Assembly: GCA_965198175.1 (NCBI GenBank)
Contig: OZ240245.1
Coordinates: 3,808,001-3,872,000 of the forward strand
Length of the DNA stretch: 64,000 nt
Origin: Candidatus Poribacteria bacterium
Lineage (GTDB): Bacteria > Poribacteria > WGA-4E > PCPOR2b
Reading direction: 5' to 3'
Made by a program: the position numbers and the translations under genes. Under the pieces are notes generated by a model that saw only the letters and a list, made by a program, of their open reading frames with translations, was not told the origin of the DNA and searched no databases. Below, one piece after another: positions 28,276 to 38,808 of this stretch (its first letter is position 1; every line of letters begins with the position of its first letter).

Positions 28276-29650
28276 TTCCTCCTTTCAGAATCTCACATGC
28301 TAACCAACCACGTGATAGTTGAATTTCGATTTCCTCACCGGCGCTGACCGTGGTGGCATCTGTAATCGTCTTTCCACGTAAATTCTTACAAACGCTATAA
28401 CCCCGTGCTAGAGTGCCCATCGGATTCAGTGAATTCAATCGTGTTGATGCCATTTGCCACGTATGCTTTTTTGCATATACTTGTTGCAGGATAAGCGCCT
28501 GATGGCTCTGAGTCAACTGATTCATCTGATTTCTCAGAGTTTGGATTTGAGACAACGGATTCAGATGTAGCAGTTCAGTATTGAGCACATCAAGTTGTTG
28601 TCGTGGTTGTGCCACTCGCTGCATCATTGCTCGTTCGCTGCGTAGTTCGAGCTGATCGATTATCTGCTGTTGGCGGTTGAGCCTATCAACCTGACGCACC
28701 GGCGAAATCCGGTTTCGCACGGCAAGTAATCGGGCTTGTGTCGACTCGATTCGTACATCGATGCTCCGCATTAAGTGCGATTCGAAATCAGCAATCCGCT
28801 GCCGAAGATCTTGTCCGTCCGGAACAACAAGTTCAATCGCGGCAGATGGCGTTGGAGCACGATGGTCCGAGACAAAATCCGAAATCGTAAAATCGGTTTC
28901 ATGCCCAATAGCAGATACAATCGGGATACGCGACGCAAAAATCGCGCGTGCGACAACTTCTTCGTTGAAAGCCCACAAATCTTCGATGGAACCACCGCCA
29001 CGCCCAACTATCAGGAGATCGACATTCGACAAGCGGTTCATACAGTCAATAGCGTGCGCAATCTCACCCGCAGCATTTTCTCCTTGAACAAGCGTTGGAA
29101 GTAGGAGTACCTCCACTACCGGATAACGTTTTTGCAGCATACGGAGCATATCGCGGATTGCCGCTCCTGTTGCGGATGTGATGATACCAATTTTTTCAGG
29201 ATAACTCGGCAGCGGTTTTTTTCGAGCCGCATCAAATAGCCCTTCAGCAGCGAGTCTTTCCTTAAGTTGCTCAAAAGCCAACTGCAGCGCGCCAACTCCG
29301 GCGGGTTCCACCCAATCACCGATGATTTGATATTCACTGCGTACATCATAAATGCTGAGTTTCCCATGCACACGCACCGCGTCTCCATTTTTCGGCGAAA
29401 ATTTTAGGCGCGATGCAGCGAACCGAAAGATAGCGCATCGAATTTGGCTGTCGCCATCCTTGAGCGTAAAGTAGATATGACCGGAAGAAGGGCGTGCGAG
29501 GTTTGAAATTTCGCCCTCAATCCAGAGATCTTGCAATATCGGATGGGATTCCACAAGCTCTCGGAAAATCTGTGTTATTTCGTGAACGCTGTAAACTTTA
29601 CGTGTTGGATGCATTGAGATGGTTTTCACATAATTTATGGAATGTATCAA
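28265..29650 (-). CDS. xseA: Exodeoxyribonuclease VII large subunit
   Basis: GEISN...SGHIYFTLKD, RGGGSIEDLWAFN, AIGHETD; true start may be ~29614. Confidence 0.95.
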   Translation of the reverse strand: MIHSINYVKTISMHPTRKVYSVHEITQIFRELVESHPILQDLWIEGEISNLARPSSGHIYFTLKDGDSQIRCAIFRFAASRLKFSPKNGDAVRVHGKLSIYDVRSEYQIIGDWVEPAGVGALQLAFEQLKERLAAEGLFDAARKKPLPSYPEKIGIITSATGAAIRDMLRMLQKRYPVVEVLLLPTLVQGENAAGEIAHAIDCMNRLSNVDLLIVGRGGGSIEDLWAFNEEVVARAIFASRIPIVSAIGHETDFTISDFVSDHRAPTPSAAIELVVPDGQDLRQRIADFESHLMRSIDVRIESTQARLLAVRNRISPVRQVDRLNRQQQIIDQLELRSERAMMQRVAQPRQQLDVLNTELLHLNPLSQIQTLRNQMNQLTQSHQALILQQVYAKKHTWQMASTRLNSLNPMGTLARGYSVCKNLRGKTITDATTVSAGEEIEIQLSRGWLACEILKGGIDG

Positions 29651-29841
29651 TAGTTATGAGATTTGTTTCGAATGAACTCTCTCTTTTCATGAATCGTTTC
29701 AAAACTTGAGGCTTCGGGAAAGGAACGGTTCAACGCGTCTTGCACTACAACCAACCGACATGAGGATAGTGATGGATTGACTCATCCCCTAGAAATTTCA
29801 GCTTCTTTAGGTCGTAAAGCCGTATCGGATTCCCCTTTTTC

Positions 29842-30648
29842 TTAACTTGCATGATTCGCGTATTTGTTAAATGGGTGGCGAATTCGTCGAATCGAATTGG
29901 CTTTGCCGGTTTTTTCATCCAGTTCGAGTACGACAGCACAAAGAATCACATCTTCCTCGGCAACTTGATGACGAACCGGTAACATCGTCAGAAAGCGGCG
30001 TAGAATGGTTTCTTTTTTCATGCCGATAACTGAGTCATGAGGGCCTGTCATGCCAACATCTGTGATGTAAGCAGTGCCTTGGGGCAGAACTCGCTCGTCG
30101 GCAGTCTGTACATGGGTATGTGTCCCAACGACGGCACTCACCCTGCCATCAGTATACCACCCCATCGCGATTTTCTCTGCCGTTGCTTCAGCGTGGAAAT
30201 CTACAATAACAAAATGTGTCTGCGCTCGAATTTGCGGGAGGATGGTATCCAGAACGTGAAAAGGATTCTCATAGTTCTCCATGTACACTTGGCCGGCGAT
30301 ATTGATTACACCAATTTTCATGCCGGCAAGAGTGGTAGTGACGATGTAACCGCGGCCGGGTGTGCTTTTCGGGAAGTTCGCCGGACGTATGAGATTTGGC
30401 ACGGTATCAATAAACTCAAGAATTTCTCGCTGCGCCCAAACATGGTTCCCGGTTGTAATCACATCAACGCCCCACTTCAATAGTTCATCAACAATTGCTC
30501 GAGTTACTCCTTTACCCCCAGCGGCGTTTTCAGCGTTGACTATCACAAAATCGAAAGGGCCGTGTCTGTGAGACAGACTAGGCATGAGTGTCAGAACGGC
30601 TTCCCGCCCAGGACGCCCAACAATATCTCCAATGAATAGGATTTTCAA
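29842..30648 (-). CDS. ymdB: YmdB/TIGR00282 metallophosphoesterase
   Basis: GDIVGRPG, NAENAAGG, TGNH, DFHAEAT, GTHTH, DVGMTGP. Confidence 0.9.
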   Translation of the reverse strand: MKILFIGDIVGRPGREAVLTLMPSLSHRHGPFDFVIVNAENAAGGKGVTRAIVDELLKWGVDVITTGNHVWAQREILEFIDTVPNLIRPANFPKSTPGRGYIVTTTLAGMKIGVINIAGQVYMENYENPFHVLDTILPQIRAQTHFVIVDFHAEATAEKIAMGWYTDGRVSAVVGTHTHVQTADERVLPQGTAYITDVGMTGPHDSVIGMKKETILRRFLTMLPVRHQVAEEDVILCAVVLELDEKTGKANSIRRIRHPFNKYANHAS

Positions 30649-30713
30649 TGACTGTCCTGCTCTTAACGTGGTTAATTGACAAAAAGTACGGTAACAGCGA
30701 TGCGATTCATCTG

Positions 30714-31481
30714 TCAGACCGCCGTCCAGCCGCCATCGACAACGAGCGTATGCCCGGTGATGATACTAGCGGCATCACTAGCGAGATACAGAACTGCAGC
30801 GGCAATTTCGTCCGGTTCAGCGAGGCGTCCTACCAGAATCTTTTCAAGTGTCATCTTGCGAAACTCCGGGTTCTGCATCGCCGCTTCTGCAAGCGGTGTA
30901 CGAGTAACGGTGGGCGCAACAGCATTGACTGTAATCTTGTGCGGTGCCCACTCTGCTGCCAACGCCTTTGTAACTTGACATACAGCCCCTTTCGCCCCGC
31001 AGTAAGGGGCACGTAAGGGGCCTCCAACAATTCCGACTTGTGAACTGATGTTGATAACCCTTCCCTCAACCCGATTGTCAATCATTGTCTTCGCCGCAAC
31101 TTGGCTCATGAAGAAAGTACCCTTATAGTTCACATCAACGATGTAGTCAAACTCATCTTCGGTCACCTCAAGGGCAGGTTTAATTTTGTTGAAGCCAGCA
31201 TTGTTAACTAACACATCAATGCGCCCAAAGACATCAAGTGATTTTCGCACAAACCCCTGAATGCTCGAAATCTGTGTCACGTCCAGTAACCATGCCTCTG
31301 CGCGCTGCCCTACTTGGCGAATCTTCTCCGCCACTTCCTCAACCTCGCTCAATGTACGACTCCCCAGAGCTACATCCGCTCCGGCTTCGCCACAGGCGAG
31401 CGCGATCGATTTTCCGATTCCTCGTCCTGCGCCTGTGACAAGCACAACCTTGTCGGTCAAAGAAAAATTGGTCAATGCCAT
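30714..31481 (-). CDS. SDR oxidoreductase (gluconate 5-dehydrogenase-like)
   Basis: TGAGRGIG, NNAG, YCGAK, VDGG. Confidence 0.9.
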   Translation of the reverse strand: MALTNFSLTDKVVLVTGAGRGIGKSIALACGEAGADVALGSRTLSEVEEVAEKIRQVGQRAEAWLLDVTQISSIQGFVRKSLDVFGRIDVLVNNAGFNKIKPALEVTEDEFDYIVDVNYKGTFFMSQVAAKTMIDNRVEGRVINISSQVGIVGGPLRAPYCGAKGAVCQVTKALAAEWAPHKITVNAVAPTVTRTPLAEAAMQNPEFRKMTLEKILVGRLAEPDEIAAAVLYLASDAASIITGHTLVVDGGWTAV

Positions 31482-31545
31482 AGGATTCTGATTCCCTTCA
31501 ACCTATTTTCTGTTGTAATCAACAGTGATAGCAGGTAGGTTCACG

Positions 31546-32094
31546 CTATTTCTCTCCTTCTTGCGCGAATCGCTCAAGCTCATCCAACGTAAAAACCGAA
31601 GTAAGTGAACATCCAAGCTCCTCTAGATTCTTGCGTCCGCCTTGTTCGCGATCAAATACGCACAGTGCATGTTCAACCACTAGCCCAAGTTCTCTCATTT
31701 GGCAAACTGATGTTGCTATCTGCACGGCTGTTGTGGCGACATCTTCGATGGCGACAACCCTTTGGCCGGCGTAAAATCCGCCCTCTACGAGGTTGCAAGT
31801 CCCGTAAGATTTGGGTTCTTTGCGAACGTATAGACATGGTATGTTTGTCTTCAGAGAAAGTCCAGTCGCCAGTGGAACACCTCCCAGCTCTAATCCCGCG
31901 AATTTGTCGAAGGAAGCGGGTAGCAATTTCTGCAACTCAGCCACAATTGAGTGCAACAATACGGGATTGCTTTCGAAGCGATACTTGTCCCAATAGAATG
32001 AACTGCCCTTTCCGGACCGCAATGTGAATTGTCCCGTCACATTCGAAACAGCTTTAATTTGCTTGGCGAGATTTGCTCTGTTCATCAACATCAT
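31546..32094 (-). CDS. pyrE: Orotate phosphoribosyltransferase
   Basis: GQFTLRSG..S.FYWDKY, RKEPKSYGT, IEDV.TT, DREQGG. Confidence 0.85.
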   Translation of the reverse strand: MMLMNRANLAKQIKAVSNVTGQFTLRSGKGSSFYWDKYRFESNPVLLHSIVAELQKLLPASFDKFAGLELGGVPLATGLSLKTNIPCLYVRKEPKSYGTCNLVEGGFYAGQRVVAIEDVATTAVQIATSVCQMRELGLVVEHALCVFDREQGGRKNLEELGCSLTSVFTLDELERFAQEGEK

Positions 32095-32171
32095 CTGCTA
32101 TGGGCTGTTAGGAATTCTGTATTGATGCCCAAGAATTCGGATACAAACATACTTGATATCGAATCCCAAGT

Positions 32172-33221
32172 CTACCCGGCCACATGAATCAGGGCTTGGG
32201 ACGAGTCGATGACACGCCCAATTACGGCTGCTTCTGGGCAATCTCTCTCATGCAATGCCGCCAATGCCGAATCTGCATCGGACTCTGGCAACGCAAAGAG
32301 GAGCCCTCCGGAGGTTTCCGCCTCCATCAAGATATGACGCATTTCCTCCGAGACGCCCGAACCAAAAGTCACCGCTCCATCAAGGAACTTCGTGTTGGAT
32401 CGGTAAGCGCGGGTATAAATTTTCTTCTTCACAAGCGTAGGGGCTTCGTCGAAGTATGGGACTTTCTTGGACAAGATTTCGAGTTTGACGCCGTTGCCAC
32501 TTGCCATCTCAAAACTGTGCCCAAGCAGACCATATCCAGTCACATCCGTGCAGGCATTTACACTGAATTTCTGCATAATTTCCGATCCGGATCGGTTTAA
32601 CCGCGTCATTGATTCGATAACCCGCGGCAAGGCGCCGTCACTGAGCTTATTGAATTTTAATCCCGTCGTGAGGATACCGACACCGAGTCGTTTCGTAAGA
32701 ATCAGAACGTCGCCGGGCTTTGCGCCAAAATTTCTTACGACACGGTTCGGATGAATTACGCCGGTTACTGCCAGTCCATACATCAATTCAGGAGCATCAA
32801 CTGTATGCCCGCCAACAACCACGGCTCCTGCTTCCTTAACTTTCTCCGCCCCACCTCTTAGGATCTCACCGAGTATCTCCAGGTCTAATCGATCCTTGGG
32901 CCAGTATAGGACATTGAGCGCGGTTTTCGGGATGCCCCCCATACTATAGACATCACTCAACGCATTCGTTGCAGCGATCTCCCCGAACGTGTATGGGTCA
33001 TCAACAATCGGCGTAAAATAGTCGGTCGTGTTAATGATTGCGAGATCTTCGGTGAGTTGATAGACGCCCGCATCGTCCGATGTCTCTGTGCCGACGAGCA
33101 GATTTGGATCGTCCATCTTAGGCAGATTATGCAAAACTTGCGCGAGATCGCCCGGATCCAGTTTAGATGCTCACCCTGCAGATTTGACAGTTTTGGTCAA
33201 TTTAATCTTTTTCTTCGTCAT
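32172..33221 (-). CDS. selD: Selenide, water dikinase, selenoprotein form (Sec17)
   Basis: ATG 33221 after SD AAGGAG: MTKKKIKLTKTVKSAG-TGA(33171-33173)-ASKLDPGDL, in frame with DDAGVY, DYFTP, NALSDVY, GGHT, DVTGYGLLGH, ETSGGLL. Confidence 0.93.
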
Positions 33222-33248
33222 TGACTGTCTCTCTCCTTTTCTTTACGT

Positions 33249-33794
33249 TTATGCTTGTGACGCCTTCAGGGTGATTAAAAAAGTGAGACGCTTTCCAATT
33301 TTTGCCAACGGCTCGACCACAACCTCATCGGGCGTGCTAGGGGTGAAATCCCACAGGCGAACTGTGCCGTCCTCACTCCCACTCGCTAGCGTCGCCCCAT
33401 CGGGACTGAAGGCGATGCTAGTGACCTGCTGACCGGTACCTGAAAGTGTGCGCAGGTATTCGCTCGTGTCGGCGTCCCATAGGCGGATGGTGTTCTCCCA
33501 ACTCCCACTAACGATAGTGCGCCCGCCCGGGCTGAACGCAACGCTATTGACCCCAGACGTATGCCCGGGTAGCAGCGCGACCTCTTGACGGGTCGCCGTA
33601 TCGTAGATCCAAATCCCGATGCCACCGGCGACTGCGATACGAGTGCCATCTGGAGTATACTTTATCTCATGAATCGTGCCTTTGCCGAGGTGCGCTTTGG
33701 CACCGTCGGGCAGGTGCCATTGTGGGGAATCTTGGGCGAAGGTGTTGAGTGAAAGCAGGGTGAAAAGAATCACTATGGTAAAGGTTGTTTTCAT
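33249..33794 (-). CDS. Short secreted WD40 paralog (3 repeats) lacking the FlgD-like domain
   Basis: NTFA|QDSPQWHLPDGAKAHLGKG, three WD blades, ends VVVEPLAKIGKRLTFLITLK; may be a deletion derivative. Confidence 0.7.
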   Translation of the reverse strand: MKTTFTIVILFTLLSLNTFAQDSPQWHLPDGAKAHLGKGTIHEIKYTPDGTRIAVAGGIGIWIYDTATRQEVALLPGHTSGVNSVAFSPGGRTIVSGSWENTIRLWDADTSEYLRTLSGTGQQVTSIAFSPDGATLASGSEDGTVRLWDFTPSTPDEVVVEPLAKIGKRLTFLITLKASQA

Positions 33795-33885
33795 GCAAAA
33801 ACTGCCTTTTTTGAAAATTGATTGCAATTTGAAACTACAGGCGTCAGTGGCTAGTGACCAGTAATCCGTGACACCGTATCAGCGG

Positions 33886-33988
33886 GTAGGTTGGGTTTCA
33901 CTAGCTCTGTACCAGGCCGTGCGATCCAAAAGCGGGACTCCTATTGTGATCGATAGGCACTGGGATTTAATCGTTCAACGCAACCTAT
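33886..33988. repeat. GTAG-type REP/MITE copy (degenerate)
   Basis: GTAGGTTGGGTTTC ... TCAACGCAACCTAT. Confidence 0.65.
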
Positions 33989-34047
33989 ACCTGAGTCTGG
34001 CTTGTGTTCATCCATGCGTTTGCTGTCCTTTTGGATGCCCCCCTCCG

Positions 34048-34200
34048 AACGCGCAATGAATTGCGCTACGACCAACCGCAGGACTTGCCTATGAGCCGCC
34101 TCCAACAGAATAAGTTAGGCACTGAACCCCTCTAACTCGCCTTTTTTTGTAAGGGGAGAACGATTACTTCCATTGAGCAGAGGAGGTGAGGCGGGGGTTG
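34048..34200. repeat. Other REP-like palindromes
   Basis: AACGCGCAATGAATTGCGCTAC (34048-34069) and a CCCCTCTAACTCGCC...AAGGGGAG type unit resembling 51647-51682. Confidence 0.5.
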
Positions 34201-34336
34201 TTGGGCAAATGATAACATATAGCAGGATTGCCGTCAAGACTATGTGTCCTAACGGTGCACCGTTTACATTTCACGTTTGAAAGGACTTCGCAAGCACAAC
34301 ATTCCGAATCCATGTTTACATTATTCAACATATCTT

Positions 34337-35086
34337 TCAAGGAATCAATATGCGCCCACCACTCGCAACTACTGTGGAACCTGTCATAAAGCTGGATTCC
34401 TCGCTCAACAGAAATGCAATCACGTTCGCCATCTCCTCGGGTTCGCCCATACGTCCCAATGGCGTGGTGGAACACAAATGTTCAATCATTTCGGGCGAAA
34501 CTTCACTGACCATGTCCGTTGCAATCAAACCAGGCGCTACTGAATTTATCCGTATGTCGTGTCGCGCAAAAGGTTCGCAGCACGATTTCGTTAAGGCGAT
34601 TACACCCGCCTTCGCAGCGGAGTAGGCAAGCTGATTCGGACGTACCGCCAAAGCCGCAATTGATGAAACGTTGACGATTCGTCCAAATTTCTGTGCGAAC
34701 ATCCCGGCTTTCACCGCCCAGATGACATTGAATGGACCCGTCAAATTTATCGCAACCGTTCGGTCCCACTGTTCAGGCGTCAGTTCATCAAAGTTCGAAT
34801 CGACAACTGCACCTGCGTTGTTTACTAGCAGATCTATGGCGCCCAAATCTTCTGTAATCGTCCTGACCATTCTGTTTACGGCTTCTCGATCAGCGATATC
34901 CGCCTGAACAACCATCGCTTGGCGTCCTAGAGCGCATACTTGTTGATATACATCCTCCGCCCGATCCGCTGAGTTGACATAATGCACAGCGACATTTGCA
35001 CCTTCAGTGGCTAGCTTAATTGCTGTTGCTTGGCCAATACCTCGGCTCGCGCCTGTCACCAGTGCTAGTTTTCCATTAAACCTCAT
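34337..35086 (-). CDS. SDR oxidoreductase (FabG-like)
   Basis: TGASRGIG, NNAG, YSAAK, TPLGRMG. Confidence 0.9.
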   Translation of the reverse strand: MRFNGKLALVTGASRGIGQATAIKLATEGANVAVHYVNSADRAEDVYQQVCALGRQAMVVQADIADREAVNRMVRTITEDLGAIDLLVNNAGAVVDSNFDELTPEQWDRTVAINLTGPFNVIWAVKAGMFAQKFGRIVNVSSIAALAVRPNQLAYSAAKAGVIALTKSCCEPFARHDIRINSVAPGLIATDMVSEVSPEMIEHLCSTTPLGRMGEPEEMANVIAFLLSEESSFMTGSTVVASGGRILIP

Positions 35087-35236
35087 GTGTACCTCGTTTC
35101 AGTTGAAATCAGTATTATCTGATTCGATAAGGATTTCCAGAATTCAAATAATGATTCCTTTTTCTGTAAATTAAGGCAGCTGTTGAGTCAAAGCAGCCCC
35201 TCAAAGGGCGTGGAATTTAAGATGATTTCTGATAAT

Positions 35237-35818
35237 TTACCAAAACGAAAAATGAAGCACCGCGGCGGTGCCAATGGCAGCGATTAGTGCAGCCACGACA
35301 GTTTGAAAAACGGTGTGTCTTTTCCGCCGTACCCTCGCCCACGCAATCAACGGCAACAACAGAGAAAACCATGCGAGTTTCGCGTCAACCAAAAGCGTGA
35401 GTACGGTAATGGATCCGGCTGCACTACCACAGTGAAAACTGATTTTCCATAGATAAGTTATCACTGTAAACACAACACCGTTTAAGGCATAGGCAATGCT
35501 AGGCAAGACAATCTGTCGTGGAGCATCAATCTGATGTAGGACAATAACGCCAACGAGTGTGCTTGCAAGTGAAAACCATAGAGGCGCCAAACGTTGCTTT
35601 CGCACGGCAAGATGAAGATCGCTGAGGCGACCTGAGCGCACAAGGATTAGAATGAAAATGGAGGGTAGTACACTAACAAACACCGTGACAACTATCGTCC
35701 ATAGCATCGCCTGCTGAAATGTTATTGCGTGAGTCCGACCTAGTAGTAAGATTGTCGGAACCGGCACGAGAAATGGGCTAAAGATAATTGATATAGCGAC
35801 AGCGATTCTGTCCAGCAT
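35237..35818 (-). CDS. PAP2-like integral membrane protein
   Basis: Several TM helices, WKISFH, WARVRRKRHT..Q. Confidence 0.7.
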   Translation of the reverse strand: MLDRIAVAISIIFSPFLVPVPTILLLGRTHAITFQQAMLWTIVVTVFVSVLPSIFILILVRSGRLSDLHLAVRKQRLAPLWFSLASTLVGVIVLHQIDAPRQIVLPSIAYALNGVVFTVITYLWKISFHCGSAAGSITVLTLLVDAKLAWFSLLLPLIAWARVRRKRHTVFQTVVAALIAAIGTAAVLHFSFW

Positions 35819-35888
35819 TTGCGATGTGTGACAGGTGACACACGTTTCAGGTGTTAGAGAAGGTCAAAGGTGCACCAAATTCATGAAT

Positions 35889-36203
35889 CTATTTGACGAC
35901 TTCATCGATCCATTTAAGATATTCTGGGTTGCCTCCTACGATTGGGACAAATGTGACCTCGCAAACCTCATAGCTGTGCAAGTCCCTTACGGTTTCGATG
36001 AGTTCGCCCATCAGTCCCGATTTTGTCTTGATGACTAGTTTGGCTTCCTGATCTGATTCAATTTTCCCCTTCCACCAGTAGTATGAAACCACCTGTGGGA
36101 TGACGTTTACACAGGCGGCGAGCTTACGATCGACCAAAGTTTCCGCAATCCGTTTGGCCTCCTCACCGTTTTCTGTGGTCACAAAAGCTATTACATATTC
36201 CAT
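35889..36203 (-). CDS. cutA: Divalent-cation tolerance protein CutA
   Basis: LAACVN, SYYWWKG, HSYEVCE, YLKWI. Confidence 0.92.
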   Translation of the reverse strand: MEYVIAFVTTENGEEAKRIAETLVDRKLAACVNVIPQVVSYYWWKGKIESDQEAKLVIKTKSGLMGELIETVRDLHSYEVCEVTFVPIVGGNPEYLKWIDEVVK

Positions 36204-36263
36204 TGGGACCTCTCTGTCATTTCCCACTCTCCCCGTTGCTCTCTTGACAAGCATTCCCGCTGA

Positions 36264-38681
36264 TCAACTACGGAGTTCCGCACCTAACTCACTTTCTAAT
36301 TTTCTCACAACCCGCTCATGAACCTGATCGACAATTTCATCAGTAAGGGTTTGTGAATTAGAGTGGTATTCGATTGCATAAGCCAGACTCTTCTTGCCGT
36401 CGGGTACCTGATCGCCTGTGTATAAATCAAACAGACGAACTGAATTAACAAATTCACCGGCTGTGGAATTAATGATGTTAGTCGGATGACTGGAAGGAAT
36501 AGTGGCATCAAGCACGATAGCGAGGTCTCGATTGACACTGGGATAGATTGAAATAGGTCCAAATTCCTTGTTCAGAATGGAGGCGTCAACCAATTTTTCG
36601 AAATCGAGTTCGAACAGGTAAGCTTTATTGGGGACTTCATAGCACTCAATCACTTCAGGGTGAACTTCACCCAAAACACAAAGCGTATGCCCGCTTACAC
36701 AAAGTTCAGCGCTCCGTCCGGGATGGAACGTGGGATGCTCTGCTCCTTTGATAGAATAATTGGAAATTCCGCATTCATCTAGCAAGCCTTCGACTATTCC
36801 TTTAATATCGAAGAAGTCCGCCGGGCGCCGTGGATCTCCGTACACATCAGTGCCGACGCTTCCTGCTATAATGCCCGCTACACGTTCAAATTCGTTCGGC
36901 GGCTCTCCTCTCGTTTCCACGCTCTCCGTAGGAACGCTTGGTACAAAAATATTTGCAATTTCGAAAAGCTGCACATCATTTACCTGATGGCTTGCATTCC
37001 GTTTAGCGTTCTCTAGCAAGCTGGGAATCAGCGTTGTTCGCATGGTTGAGAAATCTTCGACCAGCGGATTCCGAATCTGAAGAGCTTGCCGAAGCGGATC
37101 ATCAACCTCAAGTCGTATCTTATTGAAAACATTCGGATGGTAGAATGAGTAATTGATTGCTTCCATCATACCACAGTCAAGGAGATAAGTTTTCACCTGC
37201 TCGCGCAGCACCCATTTCGGATCGACCCTCGGTATGGGAAGATTGCCCTTCGGCAATGTGATTGGTATATTGTCATAGCCGTAGACACGGGCAATCTCTT
37301 CGATCAGATCAATCTCCCTTTCCAAATCTGGGCGGAAAGTCGCCACTGTGACTTCAAACTCATCTGACACTTTAAACCCGAGCCGAGCGAGTATATCATG
37401 TATCTGATTCGACGTTATCTCTGTCCCCAGAACAAAATTGACCCGCTCCGGGCGCAACTTAATCGGGGCAGGAGCACGCTTACCAGGGTAAACATCAATT
37501 ATTCCTTCGGCGGCTTCACCGCCAGCTATCTCAGCGATAAGTTGTGCGGCGCGATTAATTGCCGGAATGACACTTCCATGATCTACACCGCGTTCAAATC
37601 GATGGGAAGCTTCAGTGTGCATGCCCAACACCTTTGAAGATTTGCGAATGCTAGATGGCTGAAAGTACGCGCTTTCGAGAAGTACATCAACCGTCTGATC
37701 GGTAATCTCCGAATCGAATCCACCCATTACCCCTGCTAGAGCAACAGGTTTTTCGGCATCGGCAATTACAAGCATGTCGGAAGTAAGGAGTCGTTCCTCT
37801 TCGTCGAGCGTCTTTAAAAGTTCCCCCGTTTTAATACGACGTACAACTATTCTGTTTTCAGCAAGTTGATGATAATCAAATGCATGCAGTGGATGCCCAT
37901 ATTCCATTAAGACGAAGTTCGTAACATCTACAACGTTGTTAATTGACCCGACGCCGATGGCTTCAAGTCGGCGCTGCAACCAGATCGGTGAAGAAGCAAC
38001 CTTAACCCCGCGAATGAGTCGCGTTGCGTAACGTGGACAAAGATCTGGTGCTTCGATTGTCACTGAAGTCAAATCTCTAATTTTCGTAGAGGATTCTTGT
38101 ACCTTGGAGGGCGGCAGTCTTAGCGAATTACCTGTTATCACACTAATTTCCCGCGCGACTCCAATCATGCTCAAGCAGTCCGGTCGATTGGGAGTAATTT
38201 CAAGCTCCATCGTAACATCGTCCAAACCCAATGCTTCCGCGAGCAACGTCCCAGTTTTTACATTAACAGGGAGCTCCATCAAACCTGATGCTTCATCTGA
38301 AATATTTAATTCCTTTTCAGAGCAGAGCATCCCCTGCGATTTCTCGCCGCGAATTTGCGCAGTCCCGACTGTTATCCCGCTAGGCAATTCTGCCCCAACT
38401 AAAGCTACAGGTGTGAGTAAGCCCTCACGGGCGTTCAGGGCGCCGCAAACGATTTTTAAGGCAGCGTCCGCCCCAACATCGACATCGCATAAAACAAGCT
38501 TGTTCGCACTCGGATGCTTTTTGACCGCGTTGATCCTGCCAACAATGACTCGATTCAACCCTTCTCCAAGCCGCTTAATGGATTCGACTTCAATGCCGAG
38601 CATCATCAGACGATTCGCGAGTTCTTCAGGGGAAAGGTCGAAATCAACGTATTTCTTTAACCAATTCACGCTTACGTTCAT
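36264..38681 (-). CDS. pheT: Phenylalanine--tRNA ligase beta subunit
   Basis: SQGMLCS, TPNRPD, RFERGVD, DLIEEIARVYG, FDX-ACB tail. Confidence 0.97.
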   Translation of the reverse strand: MNVSVNWLKKYVDFDLSPEELANRLMMLGIEVESIKRLGEGLNRVIVGRINAVKKHPSANKLVLCDVDVGADAALKIVCGALNAREGLLTPVALVGAELPSGITVGTAQIRGEKSQGMLCSEKELNISDEASGLMELPVNVKTGTLLAEALGLDDVTMELEITPNRPDCLSMIGVAREISVITGNSLRLPPSKVQESSTKIRDLTSVTIEAPDLCPRYATRLIRGVKVASSPIWLQRRLEAIGVGSINNVVDVTNFVLMEYGHPLHAFDYHQLAENRIVVRRIKTGELLKTLDEEERLLTSDMLVIADAEKPVALAGVMGGFDSEITDQTVDVLLESAYFQPSSIRKSSKVLGMHTEASHRFERGVDHGSVIPAINRAAQLIAEIAGGEAAEGIIDVYPGKRAPAPIKLRPERVNFVLGTEITSNQIHDILARLGFKVSDEFEVTVATFRPDLEREIDLIEEIARVYGYDNIPITLPKGNLPIPRVDPKWVLREQVKTYLLDCGMMEAINYSFYHPNVFNKIRLEVDDPLRQALQIRNPLVEDFSTMRTTLIPSLLENAKRNASHQVNDVQLFEIANIFVPSVPTESVETRGEPPNEFERVAGIIAGSVGTDVYGDPRRPADFFDIKGIVEGLLDECGISNYSIKGAEHPTFHPGRSAELCVSGHTLCVLGEVHPEVIECYEVPNKAYLFELDFEKLVDASILNKEFGPISIYPSVNRDLAIVLDATIPSSHPTNIINSTAGEFVNSVRLFDLYTGDQVPDGKKSLAYAIEYHSNSQTLTDEIVDQVHERVVRKLESELGAELRS

Positions 38682-38808
38682 TTTCTAACTTTGCTCCGTA
38701 GATTAACTAATGATCTCCGTTCTTTTTCTGACGGACTATCATAGAATCAACAAATCTAGAGGAGATTAGTTGGAGACAAGCCGGATATTTTTCCGCATCA
38801 CGTAAGGT

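Noticed and set aside
29650..29842. 6S RNA next to the YmdB-family gene
   Set aside because: No extended self-complementary rod was found by eye.
31720..31745. pyrE PRPP loop TTAVQ as evidence of inactivation
   Set aside because: A single substitution in an otherwise intact gene; cannot be judged without alignment.
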